DNA of 64,000 nt, taken from the human T2T-CHM13v2.0 reference genome, Homo sapiens. Numbering within the stretch: the stretch's first letter is position 1; each line of letters starts with the position of its first letter. The position numbers and the translations under genes are program-made. Below, piece after piece: positions 12,621-28,555 of this stretch. The stretch lies in NCBI RefSeq assembly GCF_009914755.1, contig NC_060925.1. One strand, written 5' to 3'. Under the pieces are notes generated by a model. That model worked only from the letters and a program-made list of their open reading frames with translations, did not search any database and was not told the origin of the DNA.

Positions 12621-14679
12621 TGACCGTGCTGCTGCTCATTAAGATGGTACCTCTCATTAAGATAAAGCATAATCATTAAAAATCCTTTAGCTTGCTCACA
12701 TTAACTACCATTGTGCGTCACAGGTCTAATGCTTCATGAAAGCTCAGAGTGAATTAGACATTTTATTTAAGTGCTACTTAACTAAAAGTTAAAAAGTATA
12801 ATTTTCTATTGCAGCATAAGAACTGGAGAGACTAATTTGGTGTGGTTGTTAAATTTTACAAAGCCTGATTCTCAATTTTCAAAAAATATTGTACATTTAT
12901 TTATTGAAGTGAATGAAACATTTGCTATAAAACTATTCAACGGAAAGTTTTTTAACAAAGCATAATTTACTTTTCATTTACAGAACAATGGAAAGTAGAA
13001 AGAAATCTCCTCCAAGGTATTAGAATCATGTACAGTTTCATATTTGACTAAAAAATTATTTCCCCAGCCTGTTTTCTCAACACTAAGGATATGCAGAAAA
13101 GTATCACTTGCATTCATCATGAAAATTACAGAAAAATGACTGAAACTACTGAGAACATTATTAAATAAAACATATACTTATTATCTGTCTTTTGGTCTCT
13201 GTCTTTTATTCTATGGTTTACAGAACATTGACCCTTTCTTACTAGTCTTCCTACTCAGAAATTAAATTTTACTCTACTCCCCAATGTGGGAAGTCAAAGA
13301 ACTCCCACAAAACTTCATCTGGGGCATCTGAGGGTGAAATCCACACCGGGGCTGTAAATCCAAGTGTTCTACTGCCTGCCAGGAGTGCATCCTTTAAGTG
13401 TGGCAAATGGGGCAGAGGGAGGCCTTCTCTTCCCCCAGCAGATGGCAAGCAGAGTCAGAGGTTCTTTGCTCCAGGTGCATTGAGTTTCAAAATGAGGATA
13501 GGGCCCATTTCTCCTGATCTGATTATGCATGTGCACAGCATTGCAACCCAGGAGGCTAAAGCAATGAATATGTACTCAGATACATCAATGTGATAATATG
13601 GAATTAGGGGGAAAATAAGAAAAAAATTATGCCCTTGTTACCACCCAACCATTCATATTCAGATCCAGAGCCAATGAGCTGAACTTGGCATCTTAGGCAT
13701 TTGTCATGATATAGTTCAGGAAATACTATCAGAGTCTCCAGTCGCCTTGTTCAATGCAAGTATAAATATTTGCAGGCATGTAACAGGAAGTCTTAGAATC
13801 AAAGAGGTAACTGATATGACTCAAATTCTGTTTCCTGGCAGAGTACAATAGAGCAAGCATTATAACCATGTGTGTGCATATGTGTATGGTTCAAGCTTAT
13901 CCATATGGGTATGTATGTTTGTGTGGTTCAGGGTGTATGTTTGCATGTTTGTGCAGAACCTGTCCATTATATGAGGTATAATGCTATCCCCATAGGTCAC
14001 TGGCAGCCATGGAAGCACGCTGCTGACTTCAGGGAGCAAGGGTTTCCACAGTGGACTTGCAGGGTGTCAGGTACAGGACCCAAGCAGCAACAGTGGGGTA
14101 GTGGTAAGGGAAAACAGGATGAGGCCAGGACCCAGAGAACATACAGACTCACAGGAAACCAGGTAAACTCATAAGGGAGGTCTCAGCAGCAGATGGATGA
14201 AGGCTGTCACAGGAGAGTGCAGTTCCATTCGAGTCTATGCTTCTTAACAAAGGACCAGCATTTTATTAGTTGCTGTTTTCACAACCATAGAGTAGGCATA
14301 CAGTAAATGTCTGCCCTATAAATGACTGAATAAATAAATGAAAATGAGGCAATGAGCAGAGGCTTAGATAGTTAAAACTAGGAAGATCCAACTGTAGGTA
14401 GCAGGGATCCAGGCCACAAGCACTCCCAATAAGAATTTGCTACCGGCAAGAGACGGATGAACAGGCAGGGGGAGAGAGGCACAAGACAGGAATCCTTTAC
14501 TGCAAGTGGAATAAACAGAAATAGTTACTAAGAAGAGCAGGACAGTTTGCATCCTGCAACCAGGATCCACTGTCAGAGGAAACTAGCCACCAGAGTGACA
14601 CAATGCTAAGACCCTAAGCTGGTAACAGAGACAGAGGAAAGAGAAAGAGAAGAGAGAATGGCTTTGGAGCTTTTCCTTA

Positions 14680-14800
14680 TTTCATTTACCTATTTACTCA
14701 ATCACCAACTACATATTTATAGAATACCTGTTCTGTGCTGGGCACTGGAGATACAAAAAGTCTATTTCATTTGGAAGGATATGCATTCACAAGGAGAATA
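14680..14800 (-). mobile_element. L2 3'-end fragment
   Basis: atatttatagaatacctgttctgtgctgggcactggagatac. Confidence 0.65.
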
Positions 14801-15257
14801 TGAATGAACAGACATTGATATATGTTCTTTGTGGAGCCTGGGAAAGAAGCCCACCCACACTGGCAGTAGCCTACAGCACAGACCATTGGAGGGTGGGGGG
14901 TGGGCAGAAGTGTCATCCCAGGTGGTATGCAGATTTCTACCAACTGACCTCTCCCCTTTTATGCACACATCATACCAGTTCCTCATGAATCAGAAATGTC
15001 CCTCCTGCTCAGTTGCTGCTCCAGGTCCAGAATAGTAGCCAAATAAAGAAGCAGAAGATGATGGTGCAAAGATTTATCTTACTGTGATATTCCCAGAGAA
15101 CTTCTCATGGAAGTACTGATTCTTGCAGATTTTTTTAAAAGACAGGAAAACCATCATTTCTGTAGGTGATCAGATAAGTTTTACTACTTAGTATTAAAAA
15201 TAAAATAATAAATGCATCTTGACAAAAGAATACATCATTCAAAAAGAGAAGGTTTGG

Positions 15258-15375
15258 TGAAGACATGAGGTCTGTTATCTTCAGATACTTGAAGAATTGT
15301 CATATGGGAGAGAAACTAATCTTGTTCTGTGTTGCCCTCAAGAAGCAGAGTTAGGACCACTGGAATGTAAGTTTT
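15258..15375 (+). mobile_element. L3/CR1 LINE fragment
   Basis: gacatg...atcttcagatacttgaagaattgtcatatgggag...cttgttctgtgttgccctcaagaagcagagttaggaccactgg matches the CR1/L3 ORF2 C-terminal region. Confidence 0.7.
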
Positions 15376-15463
15376 GCCTTAATATCTGTATCTATATCTG
15401 CCTTGATATAATAAATAAACCATTAACATAACTTCTATCCACAGAAGAAATGTACTATCATAG

Positions 15464-16684
<1,221 letters not shown>

Positions 16685-18234
16685 AAGACCTGTAGAAACT
16701 GACTAGTGGCCTTTAGGACTGAGAATTAAAGGGTACAAAGTTCCCACTCAGATCCAAAGATGCTGATCACTGCAGCAGTAATGTGTAACAGGCAATTCTC
16801 CTAAATTAGGTAGGTTAATAGTTGTATATCCTCAAGTGATGATCAGTCACTGGGAGCAATACTCCAGTCAATAGCAAATGACAGAAAATGAGATGGGATC
16901 AGTCCTTATATGAGCTAGAGGATAATTGGCTAGTATCCTGAACACTACTCTAGAGGGTAGCCAGAAATGTTCATTAGGACAGAAGGTGGAAGTCCAGGCC
17001 TGTGCATTCACCACACTGTCTTAGCTCTAATTTAGGGGTTTCTAGCTGTATCATGTGGAGTCCTAGTGTTCCAAGAAAGTACCTCATAGGAGTCCTGAAA
17101 AGGCTTAAAAATTAGGGATTTGGGATCCTCACCCTTCATTTCAAACAGAGCAGCTATTTAGTTATACATGCAAGATTGCTTCAAAGAACTGTCACCCTCT
17201 TTGACTCCAAGAAGAATCCCCAGGACCACACATAGCTGACATTTGAAAATCATAACTGTAAAGGAGTTTTAAGCCCCTCACATCTTGAGATGGAAAACTC
17301 AAGGCCCTTCCAAGAAGGAAAATCCAAGGGCCTAATAAAGTTCTCACAGATGCACAACTGGGCCATGATAATACGGGAAAGAGCTTTGGAGATAAGCTGC
17401 CAAAAGATGAAGAGTTATTTGCTTTTCTGCCATACCTCAAGAGTCCCTGCTTGTCTGGGTTCACATTACTTTGTTCTTCTCTACCTTTACCTAATGTTGC
17501 TTCTTTGTTGGCTTTAATGGCAAGGCTCACTAGGGCCAGGGAGGCACAGGGAAATGGAAACATCACTCTGAAAGTGGTAAGTTCCTGAAGACCATGATTA
17601 TCATATGAGGCTTAAGCAAAAGGACTTCAAGTTAGAAAGGTAAAAACATTCTGAAAAGCCTATGTGTAGTCTAGTCCAGTTCACAAATACATGACAACGT
17701 GGACATGAGTGCTAAGGCATAAATTAATACTTGTTTGCCCAAAATGACATTGTGCTTGACATTGTACTCAGGCCCTGGAGTCACCATGGGTACCTAGGCT
17801 GGATTTAGGATCTTGGTTACCTGGCCATGGATATTCATGAAATCACACAACATGACATAGTAATATGGAAGGCTTCCGTTTATTGGAGGTGTATTGCCTA
17901 TGACTCGTAATTGGGAAACCAGACACCAGGACTATGGCAGCACAATTATTTCCTGATTTTCCCAGCTATGGGACTGAACACACTGGTGGGATTAGATTTC
18001 AATTGCTAAGGGATACCTGGGGGAAGGCAGAGACAGTCTTTTTTAGATAACTTCAAACTTAAGCTGGAAGTCTGTTGTGGAACTTAGGGTATTCAGGCAT
18101 TGGAACTCATCTACTGTTTTCAAGCCCCATTTCTTTTGCTCCCATCTTCAGCCTGAATTTTCCAGGGAGACCTCTCTGATCCAGTGAAATCCGATAAGCA
18201 CCAGAATAACTTTGTGTTGTCATTAACACAATAA

Positions 18235-20185
<1,951 letters not shown>

Positions 20186-20194
20186 CAGGACTCC

Positions 20195-20315
20195 ACTTTC
20201 CTGTTTGTTTCCTAGAGTAAAATGTGAGCTCCTTGAAAGCAGAGATGTGTTTGGTTCATTTTTATATACCTATAAACTCACATGGAGTAATAAAAATATT
20301 ATTGATGGTTACATA
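20195..20315 (+). mobile_element. L2 3'-end fragment
   Basis: aatgtgagctccttgaaagcagagatgtgtttggttcatttttatatacc. Confidence 0.65.
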
Positions 20316-21794
20316 GATAAGTAAAATAATGGATTTAAAAGGCGATGAAGTTAGATGAACTTTAAGGGCTCAAAGTCCTGTCATTTTGTAATCTGTGATT
20401 CTAAAGTGTAATTGTATGGTTCGGTGACACAGAAATTCAGAATTTCCCCACATCAGTGATGGGAAGGAAAGAGACTAGATAATCTTTTCTATATATATTT
20501 AGCATTTTTAAATACAAGATTTAGAATTATCACTAAAATAGAGTGAACCTCTACTTTCCTGGGTAGAGAATTTGATTTGAACCCTCATAATTTCCACTGG
20601 GGGAAGCCTATACTGCTTCTTTCTAAGAAGTAATTTAAGTTTTTCAGAACAAAGAACTACATACGTCCCTTCCCTTTTCCCCATCTAGATCTACTGGGAG
20701 GCCAGAAGTCCACAAGTTATAGCTTTGCTGGCTATTTCCCGGTAATTTGCTTTCAATTTTAAACACATGTTATCTGGAGTCATTAAATTAACAACACTCA
20801 CCAGTGTACCAACCCTGTCATCCATCTGCTTGTCAAATGATACCCTCCTGTATCTGCAGCTTTCATCTGGTTTTCAAAGCTGTTGAATCCAGCTCCAAGG
20901 TAGTCCACCTTCTCTTCCAAGCTACAATATTAACTCTCAGCTTTCAACACCAACAACTATGCAGTGACTAGCAGTCCTGCCCATATACTACTTTCCATTA
21001 TCGGGGGTCTTTGGAGTACATTTAAACCTTGGAGAATAGTAAATGGAGAACATCTTAGGGATCATAATCCCTAAGATTATTTTTTTAGAAACGTGCTTCT
21101 AAAAAAGTATCATGTCACCATCACTCTTCCTCAACCAAAGAGTCTGAACCCTGAGTTTTCAAACCTTTCCTGTATGCTAGTTTATTTCTTACAACTTGAA
21201 AATCCCCTTCCTTCCTCATCCCTATGAATAAAAATAAAAATGTTTGTCTATCTTTGGATAATAAGCAAGACCTTGACATTGCTGAAAGAGAATCAAACTA
21301 TGATCTTCAATTACAGAGAAATTTGGTGAGTAAACGGGGCAAAGGGAATAAAATTGCATTGCTTTTTAAACATCTTTTTCTTTAAAATGGCTTTTCTTTA
21401 CATTTCTTGACCTGACAACCAAGGTCCTCCATTATATACCCACAACCTCACATTTCTTCACAAACCACAATTACACACCTCCACTCCAACCACACTCATT
21501 TTCATTGTATTCTGAAAGGCCAGTTATCTGTTTTCTAATTTCCAAATCTCTGCTCATGAGTCTCTCCTTCCTGAAAAGCCTGCACTGCTCCCTTCTGAAT
21601 GTCTTGCTTCCTTCAAGACTCAGCTCAAGCTCCAGTTTCTCTATGGCTATCCCTGCAATCACTGGCATCTTCAGTCTTCATTGGTCCCTCATTTGGAACT
21701 CCTATAACAGTTATTTTCTGCATCACTCACTTGACACCTAACATTCACTGCTTATTATCCTTCTAAATCAGTTCTTAATCTTTATTATTCATTC

Positions 21795-22530
21795 AAATCT
21801 CTTAGAGTGTTGTTAAAAAAAAATTTCTTTGATTCCACTGAAGAGACTCTGATTTAGTAGGTTGGTAGGAATAATTCAAATGAGGGACCCCAAAGACTCC
21901 AGTCCCCTGTTTATTTAATCGAATACTAACCTACATACTGCTGAGAAGGGATTTTGCAGATATAATTAAAGTCTCAAGTCAGTGCACCTTAGAATGTCTT
22001 AAATTATCTGGGTGGGCCTAATGCAATCATAAAACTCCTTTAAAAGCACAGAGTTTTCTCTGGCATATGACAGAGGAAGTCAGAGAGATTCCAAGGATGA
22101 GAAGGACTTCATGTGCCTTTGCTGGTTTAAAGGTGGAGGCGCCATATGGAAAAAAATGTGGGTGGCCTCCAGGAGCAGAATGTAACCCCCGCTGACAGAC
22201 GGCAAAGAACTGATTTTTGCTGATAACATGAATGAGCTTGAAATTGGATTTTCCTACCAGAGCCTTCAGAAAAGAATCCAGCCTTGCGAGACTCGAAATT
22301 TTGTCTCATTCTAATTTTGTGAAATCCTAAGCAGAGAACCCAGGCAAGCTCACCTGGACTTCTGACCTTCAGAACTATGAGATAATAAACAGATGTTGCT
22401 CTACACTACTAAGTTGGTGGTAATTTGTTTCACAGCAATAAAAAGCTACCATAATAGGTTTGGGGCTGGGCTCAAGAATCGGTATTTCAACAAGTAGGTA
22501 GTCCCTAACCACAATTCAAGAAACCTCATC
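21795..22530. mobile_element. MER5A-like hAT-Charlie fossil split by an MLT1 LTR
   Basis: Left part gagactctgatttagtaggt (to ~21861) continues at ~22455 as aggtttggggctgggctcaagaatcggtatttcaacaag. Confidence 0.6.
21862..22453 (+). mobile_element. MaLR solo LTR, MLT1E family
   Basis: gaagggattttgcagatataattaa, attatctgggtgggcctaatgcaatca, ctggacttctgaccttcagaactatgagataataaac (polyA signal), gtaatttgtttcacagcaataaaaagcta end. Confidence 0.9.
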
Positions 22531-23169
22531 TAAAAGTTTTATAATTTTTGCTCTCCTGTCCAATAATCTAGGTTCACAACTAGTTTTCTACTTGGGAAGA
22601 TAATGTATTTGTCCCTTTAATTTGTAATTAATTCCACCTCCACACTGAGAGTCTCTGTCTCAGGATTTTCCAAAGTCTTTTTACTTTATAAATCTCCCCA
22701 CTAGTTACATAAACTAGTTATAGCCGAAATGTAATACCTGAAGCCTGTATTTGGACAAGTCCTCATACATGGAGAAGACAAAGAAAATGCTGTGAGTCCA
22801 AGAATGATGCTTTCTGGATGGGCCATTAATATCTTTGTAGTTGTGCCTTGACCACACAGGAGTGCACAGGAGTCTTTGAGTCTATGAGTCAGGGTTCAAT
22901 AGGAAATCTTGACAAGGATACCATAAAACTGGAGTTATAAGAGTCACGCATTATACTGGTTTCTCTGCATGACCAGCCACTCCAGGTGTTAACAGAACAT
23001 TTACCAGATAACCCGCAGTAAAAGGTAGCCTTCTTTGCAGTCTTGAGGAAAAGTGAGGCAGTGAAGAGCAGGACTTGAGATTCCTGAATATTTTGAACTT
23101 CTATCATCATTGAAATTCTCTCAACTTTCTTGATGGAGGCAGTTGAACAAAGTCTTTCCACAAAAAGAG

Positions 23170-23520
23170 AATCATCAAATATTAGTGATGGAAAGGAACT
23201 TGAAACTCATCTAATTGAAGCTCTCACTACAAACTCTGCTTAACTACTTTCAGTGATAGGGAGCTCTCCACATCACAGTTTAGCCTGCTCATGTCTGAAG
23301 AGCTCTGTTTAAAGAGCACTTCTTCAGGCTGAGCTGTAATCTGCCACCCTGTATCTTCCTCCTGCCTGCTTTAGGGAGACTTCTGCAGCCATGCCAACAT
23401 TTAAAGACCACCATTATACTCCACTCCTATGCTTTGTGAGTTTTTAAGGAAATATCCCCATTCTCTCCAGTATTTTCTTGTTGGATATTATTCCCACACC
23501 ATTCCACATGCCTGGTCTCT
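23170..23520 (-). mobile_element. L3/CR1 LINE fragment
   Basis: gaatcat..ggaaaggaacttgaaactcatcta; ttcagtgatagggagctc; gctgagctgtaatctgccaccctgta. Confidence 0.6.
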
Positions 23521-25319
23521 CAGAAAATCAACCATATCAGGAGGAGTATGGAGAACAGCCTACAGAAAGCAGAGTATTTACAAAAACAAGAGATGATAAT
23601 GAAGCAACAAAGAGAAATAGAGAGACAAAAAGAGAAACTGACACACTTCAAGGCCAAATAGTGAGTGCACAGTCCTTTATAGCTCTGAAGTTCCAAGAGA
23701 ATAGACAGGATTTGAAGTAGCATATTTAAGAGCATTGCTTCCTTAAAAAATAATTTCCTATCATCACTCCACTATTTTATAGACCCTACAGCATTTACAT
23801 CCCTATTTCTGCCAGAATCATAAAGCAGCTGCAGTCACAAGCCCTAATGGAGTCTCTAACCTGAGCTGGAGAACAAAGAAGATTTTAAAGACAAAAAGAA
23901 TAGATTGCAGAGGAGGAAAAGCAGCCCGCAGTTCCCACTTGGCCAGATAATATAACATAGTCTTTGTCTTATCTGTCAATATCTATAAGTCTGAAAAGCC
24001 AAATATGTACAGTGCTTATGTGTCTAGACAGACAGACAGTTCTAGACAAATCATGGAGCTGAATTTTTATGCTTTGGAAATATTTTAAACAAAGGTACTG
24101 CTGTGGAGGTCTTACAGTGCAAATGCCCCTAGCTCAAATGCAGCAGGAATCCGAGGAAGAATTTTCAGGTTCTGATGGAAGGGGAAAGATCTGACTTAAC
24201 AAAAAAGTTTCTTTCCTATCTCCCCCTCCCCTCCCAGCAGCCCAGTACAACACCTGTCTCATCAGCAGGGGCACTCGGAAGGGATGGGCCTCAAGGCACC
24301 TCGGTCTCAAGATTCTCCATGCCTCATCCTTCATCCACGCTGCTCGTAATGTGCCATCACTGGCACAGTTACACCTGAACACTCTGGTGCTGCCAAACAC
24401 CTGGCTTGATTTTCCACTGTCCAAATGAAAAATAAGCATAATCTGCTTTTTGAGGATACAGCAAATGAGGGAGTTCATGACAAATTGTGTTGGTTTATGC
24501 AGAATAGTGATAATAAGATACAAATGAGAATTTTTTGCTTAATGAATAATACTAATCACGTTTCAACAAATGCTGTGCCCTTCTAATTAGAGAGACTGCA
24601 TAAAATCAGCTTAATTTATTTGTGACTAGTTATACAGAGTTTAAATATTTACTAGAGATTTACTCAAATGTTTGAGAGGATTTTTAACATTTCCTGTGGT
24701 AGAAATGGCCTGCCTAGTTCTGTGGAATGTGGTGACAGCTCTAACTTGTGGGAGCACTCTGATTTTGCAGTGTGTGATGAAAATCCTGGTTTCAAAATGA
24801 AGAAGAAAGGGTATTATTGATTTACATACGAATTCTCCAACTGTTACTCATTTTCCTGATTCCAGCTTCCAGCTTCCAAAGTTGGTCCTCGAACATTCAT
24901 CACTGTAGTACACTAGAGGGGATCAGCATCTTTTTCAATAAATTATAGGAACCATGACTAATTACAGTGATATTAACTATGCAAAGTATTGTGTAACTTA
25001 AAATGGATACGTTCATCATTTCAAATTATGCCTTTGACTTTTGATGGTCTAATACAGAAATACTCTTTTTGTACTAAATGTGTTCTTAGAATCTCTTTAC
25101 AATTCTAGTTCTTGCTTGTGAATATACTGACCTACTAAATATAACCCTCTTGAGCCTCTTCAATGACCCAGAGCAATTATAGGAAGAACACACAGAACAC
25201 CTTGAGAAAATAAGAAGCAGGGAGATATATATGTGTTATGCCTCCCTAGCATCAAATTGGATATAAGAGGTCTAGTCATAAGAAATTTTGTTGAAATGTT
25301 TTATCATTTGTAGCTTTCA

Positions 25320-25512
25320 ATAGCATTTTGACCATAAATTGGTTTTATTTGATCCTAAAAGCAACTCTGGGGCTTTTAGATATCCATGTCCTAATCTTCT
25401 GGAGGACAATACTGAGGCATCAAGAGGTTAAGTGATCTGTCCCAGGCCACAGGGCTAATTAGTGACACTGGGGATGAGAACCCACACTTGCTGCTATCTA
25501 GTCCATGTTATA
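25320..25512 (-). mobile_element. MIR
   Basis: tttgatcctaaaagcaactctg...actgaggcatcaagaggttaagtgatctgtcccaggccacagggctaattagtgac. Confidence 0.75.
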
Positions 25513-25605
25513 GTTTTTACACCAATTGAACCAATACTTCAGTTAGTTCATTAAAGAATACAGAAAACTTCCAAAATTTACCCTTTACTCAAGCAATAGG
25601 ATTTG

Positions 25606-26335
25606 TTCCATCATTCATTCACCCATTCATTAGTCAATCTATAATCATTTATTGAACTCCTTTTCTGTGCCAGGCACTGCATTAGATGCTACACATAGAA
25701 AGATGAAGACAACAAGCTTTACCTTACAGAGCCCTCCCTCTGGTGGGGAAGATTGACATGTAGCCAGGGAATTATCAAACATCATGAGAAGAGCTATAAG
25801 GTCTGAATAAAGTGTTATGGGGGCACAGAGGTGAGAGAATTGTTTCTGACTAAAGGCAAGAAGTCAAAGGAGGATTCTCCAATGAGGCGATGGTTAAATT
25901 CAGTCTGAAAGAATTCACTGGGTTTTCCCCAGCAGACAAGACCAGAAAAGGCATTCCATATACTCGAAAAAGCAAGGCTTGAAGGACACAGTGCATCAGG
26001 GAAGCAGAGGCTAGAAAAGTAGGCAGGGGATTTTGAGGAGGGCATTGCATGTCACCCTAAAGAGTTTGAGCTTTATTGTATGCTGGCAAAGGGTCAGTTC
26101 AGGGTTCTAAGCAGAACCGTGATAGTGTCAGCTTTCTGCTTCAGCAAGGTCATCTGGAGAAGGTGTATAAAACGGAAAAGAAGGGACAATACTGGAGGAA
26201 GAGAAACTAAGTAGAAGGCTACTGCAGTGCTGTAGAAGCAAGTGTTAAGGATCTGAGTCAGGACTGGGGAAGCAAAGGGCAAGGGCTGCCTAAGAAAATG
26301 GATTGAAAGATATTTAGGACAGGATGCGCTAATGG
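25606..26335 (-). mobile_element. L2 LINE 3' portion
   Basis: (cattcatt)n tail, catttattgaactccttttctgtgccaggcactgc, then purine-rich L2 body (gagtttgagctttatt, aggctactgcagtg). Confidence 0.85.
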
Positions 26336-26562
26336 ACTACACTTGTGGCATATATACTTGTGGTATGTATAGGTATGTTTTCCCCCACTCTCTGGTTGTC
26401 TTTGTTCCTTTGGTTTTTATGTGACATGCCTTATCAGTCGTTAAATTTCAATAGGGCAGGAACAAATATTTGTCAAAGGGAAATTCTTATTTTTTTGAAA
26501 TTGTACCTTGTGCAGTGCTCACATTGTAACAGGTATATTCATGGAAATGATTTTTGACTTAC

Positions 26563-26647
26563 GATCGGCTGACATGTTATGACGTGGTGAACTTTCCTCC
26601 AACGTACAGAGAAAATGACGTCTACATCAGAATTGAAAATATTGTGC
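26563..26647 (-). other. Candidate exon (85 nt)
   Basis: Donor ATC|gtaagt, weak acceptor gggctttcag|G; five CpGs in ~60 bp at 26562-26620. Confidence 0.2.
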
Positions 26648-26854
26648 CTGAAAGCCCATATACTTAATAGGGAATATTTTTAATTCCTAAATATACCTTC
26701 TCCTCAATACTAATTGCAAACAATACAGCAAACCTCAAGGCAAATATGTGTTCCAAACCATAATATATAGCCCATACTTTAGGCCTTTAAGATGGCATAT
26801 TGTATGTCAAGATAGCTTGTGACAACACTTAATTCATAGTCAAGAAAAGGATCA

Positions 26855-27095
26855 TATAGGAAGCGGGTTGAGTGCAGACCCGCTGGAGCCAAATGCCCAA
26901 CTTCAAATGTTCCCTCTATTATAAAGCTGTGTGACCTTGAACAAGTCATTAAACCTCTTTGTGTCTCAGGGTCTTCATTTGTAAGAGGGGACTAGAAACA
27001 GTTAACTACCACAGAGGTCATCATAGGTATTGAAGTATTGAGTCATTATATGGACAGAGCTTGGTATAGTGTTTGACATTATTATTATTATTATT
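26855..27095 (+). mobile_element. MIR
   Basis: ctggagcc...gctgtgtgaccttgaacaagtcattaaacctctttgtgtctcag...ttcatttgtaa; (tta)n tail. Confidence 0.8.
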
Positions 27096-28425
27096 GCTAT
27101 CATAATTGTCAGATTAAAGAAAGACAGGCTGAGGCCTTAATAACATGATGTGGTTCTACCCAATACTCTTAGTTATGACAACAATAGTATGGCTATCTTC
27201 AAAATCCAATATAAGCAGCATAGTCATTAATTACAAAAACAAAGGAATTGTCTTTTAATCATAGATTTCTGATTCTGAAAATATCACTAAGTTCAAAAAA
27301 GGTGTTATATACATTAAGGGATGCTCTATACTGAACAGGCAAGAAATCTGGAAGATAAAGGGCCTTGCTCAAGGTTATCCCATTAACAGGTATCCCAGAA
27401 GGGATTTGCCCTGAGGTCACCTACCTATAAATCCATGTGCCCAGCCCCAGTGATCAAAGTGATTCTTGGCCTTCAACAGCTCACGATGAAGAACCTTCAT
27501 TCTCTTAGACAAAGTTGGCCTCTCCAATGTCCTAAGTGTTTTAGTAGGTTTTTCTCAAGATATTCAACCCCATTATGTATTACTCTTTTAAGGCCAATTC
27601 AGCAACCTGAACATCATGTGGAAATTCACATGCAAATGCATCATGGTGAAGTAGAGGATTTTAAACAACCTTCTAAATATATAGCATCCTCATCTAAAAA
27701 TCAATGTACTGAATATAGGTGGACATTCAGAACCTAGCATGATTTAGACCTTGATCATTGTAAGCACCTTTTAGAAAATGCATGGGCTCACGTTTTATTA
27801 CTGTGATAAAATAAAAATTAGTTGATTAAATGAAATTTAAAAGATCGCTAACTTTTTTTTAAAGTATTTAATGAAATGACCCTTTAAAAACAACCTATTA
27901 GCTGTCAGATGCCTTTCAAAAATATGTAATGCATCCTAATTAGAACAGAAAAAACAAACAAACATCTGAGGCCTTTAGGGTCCCTGAGATCATAAAACTT
28001 TCTGCCTCTTTTCTGACACCAGCAGCTTTAGGCCCCATTTCACCACTGGACAGTTGGTGCTTGAGGCTGAAGCCTTGAAAGGAATCCCGCAGAAGCTCGG
28101 ACTGAAGTTGTTCTGGCAGCAGAAGGAGGCCCTAAAAGCATCTGATTATTTTAAAATGTGCTTTCATTGTGCTGTTTGCAGCTGTGAGTTAATTTTGTTA
28201 AAAAAAAAAAAAAAGACCATTTGCTTCTTTAAAATCCAGGTTTTTTTCCCTCTGCAGAGCAGCTGCAAGGAGAGCAGCTTCAACTTCAAAAGCCCCGTTT
28301 CCCCGAGAGCACTGCTTTGGGAGGATGCCTTCCTCTTGCTGTGCTCCCAAAGGCACAAGCTTCCAAGGCTCTCTTCATTGGTTGACTTGTGCAATGGGCA
28401 GATGGATGGGCCAATTGCAGAACTG

Positions 28426-28555
28426 TAGAATATCACAACTGGCAGGGTCCTTGCAAGTCTTCTGATCCGACTCTCAGCTGTTTCACAGATGAGACACCTC
28501 AAGGACAGAGAAGTTAAGTGACTAACCTAAGATTTCGTATCTATTTAATAGTAGC
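28426..28555 (-). mobile_element. MIR/MIR3 fragment
   Basis: tttcacagatgagacacc..aggacagagaagttaagtgactaacctaag. Confidence 0.65.

Noticed and set aside
14000-14240. Purine-rich segment possibly an old LTR
   Set aside because: I could not match it to a family I can name; needs a Dfam search.
22889-23161. 90-aa minus-strand ORF in unique sequence
   Set aside because: No true ATG start, no recognisable domain and no convincing splice boundaries.
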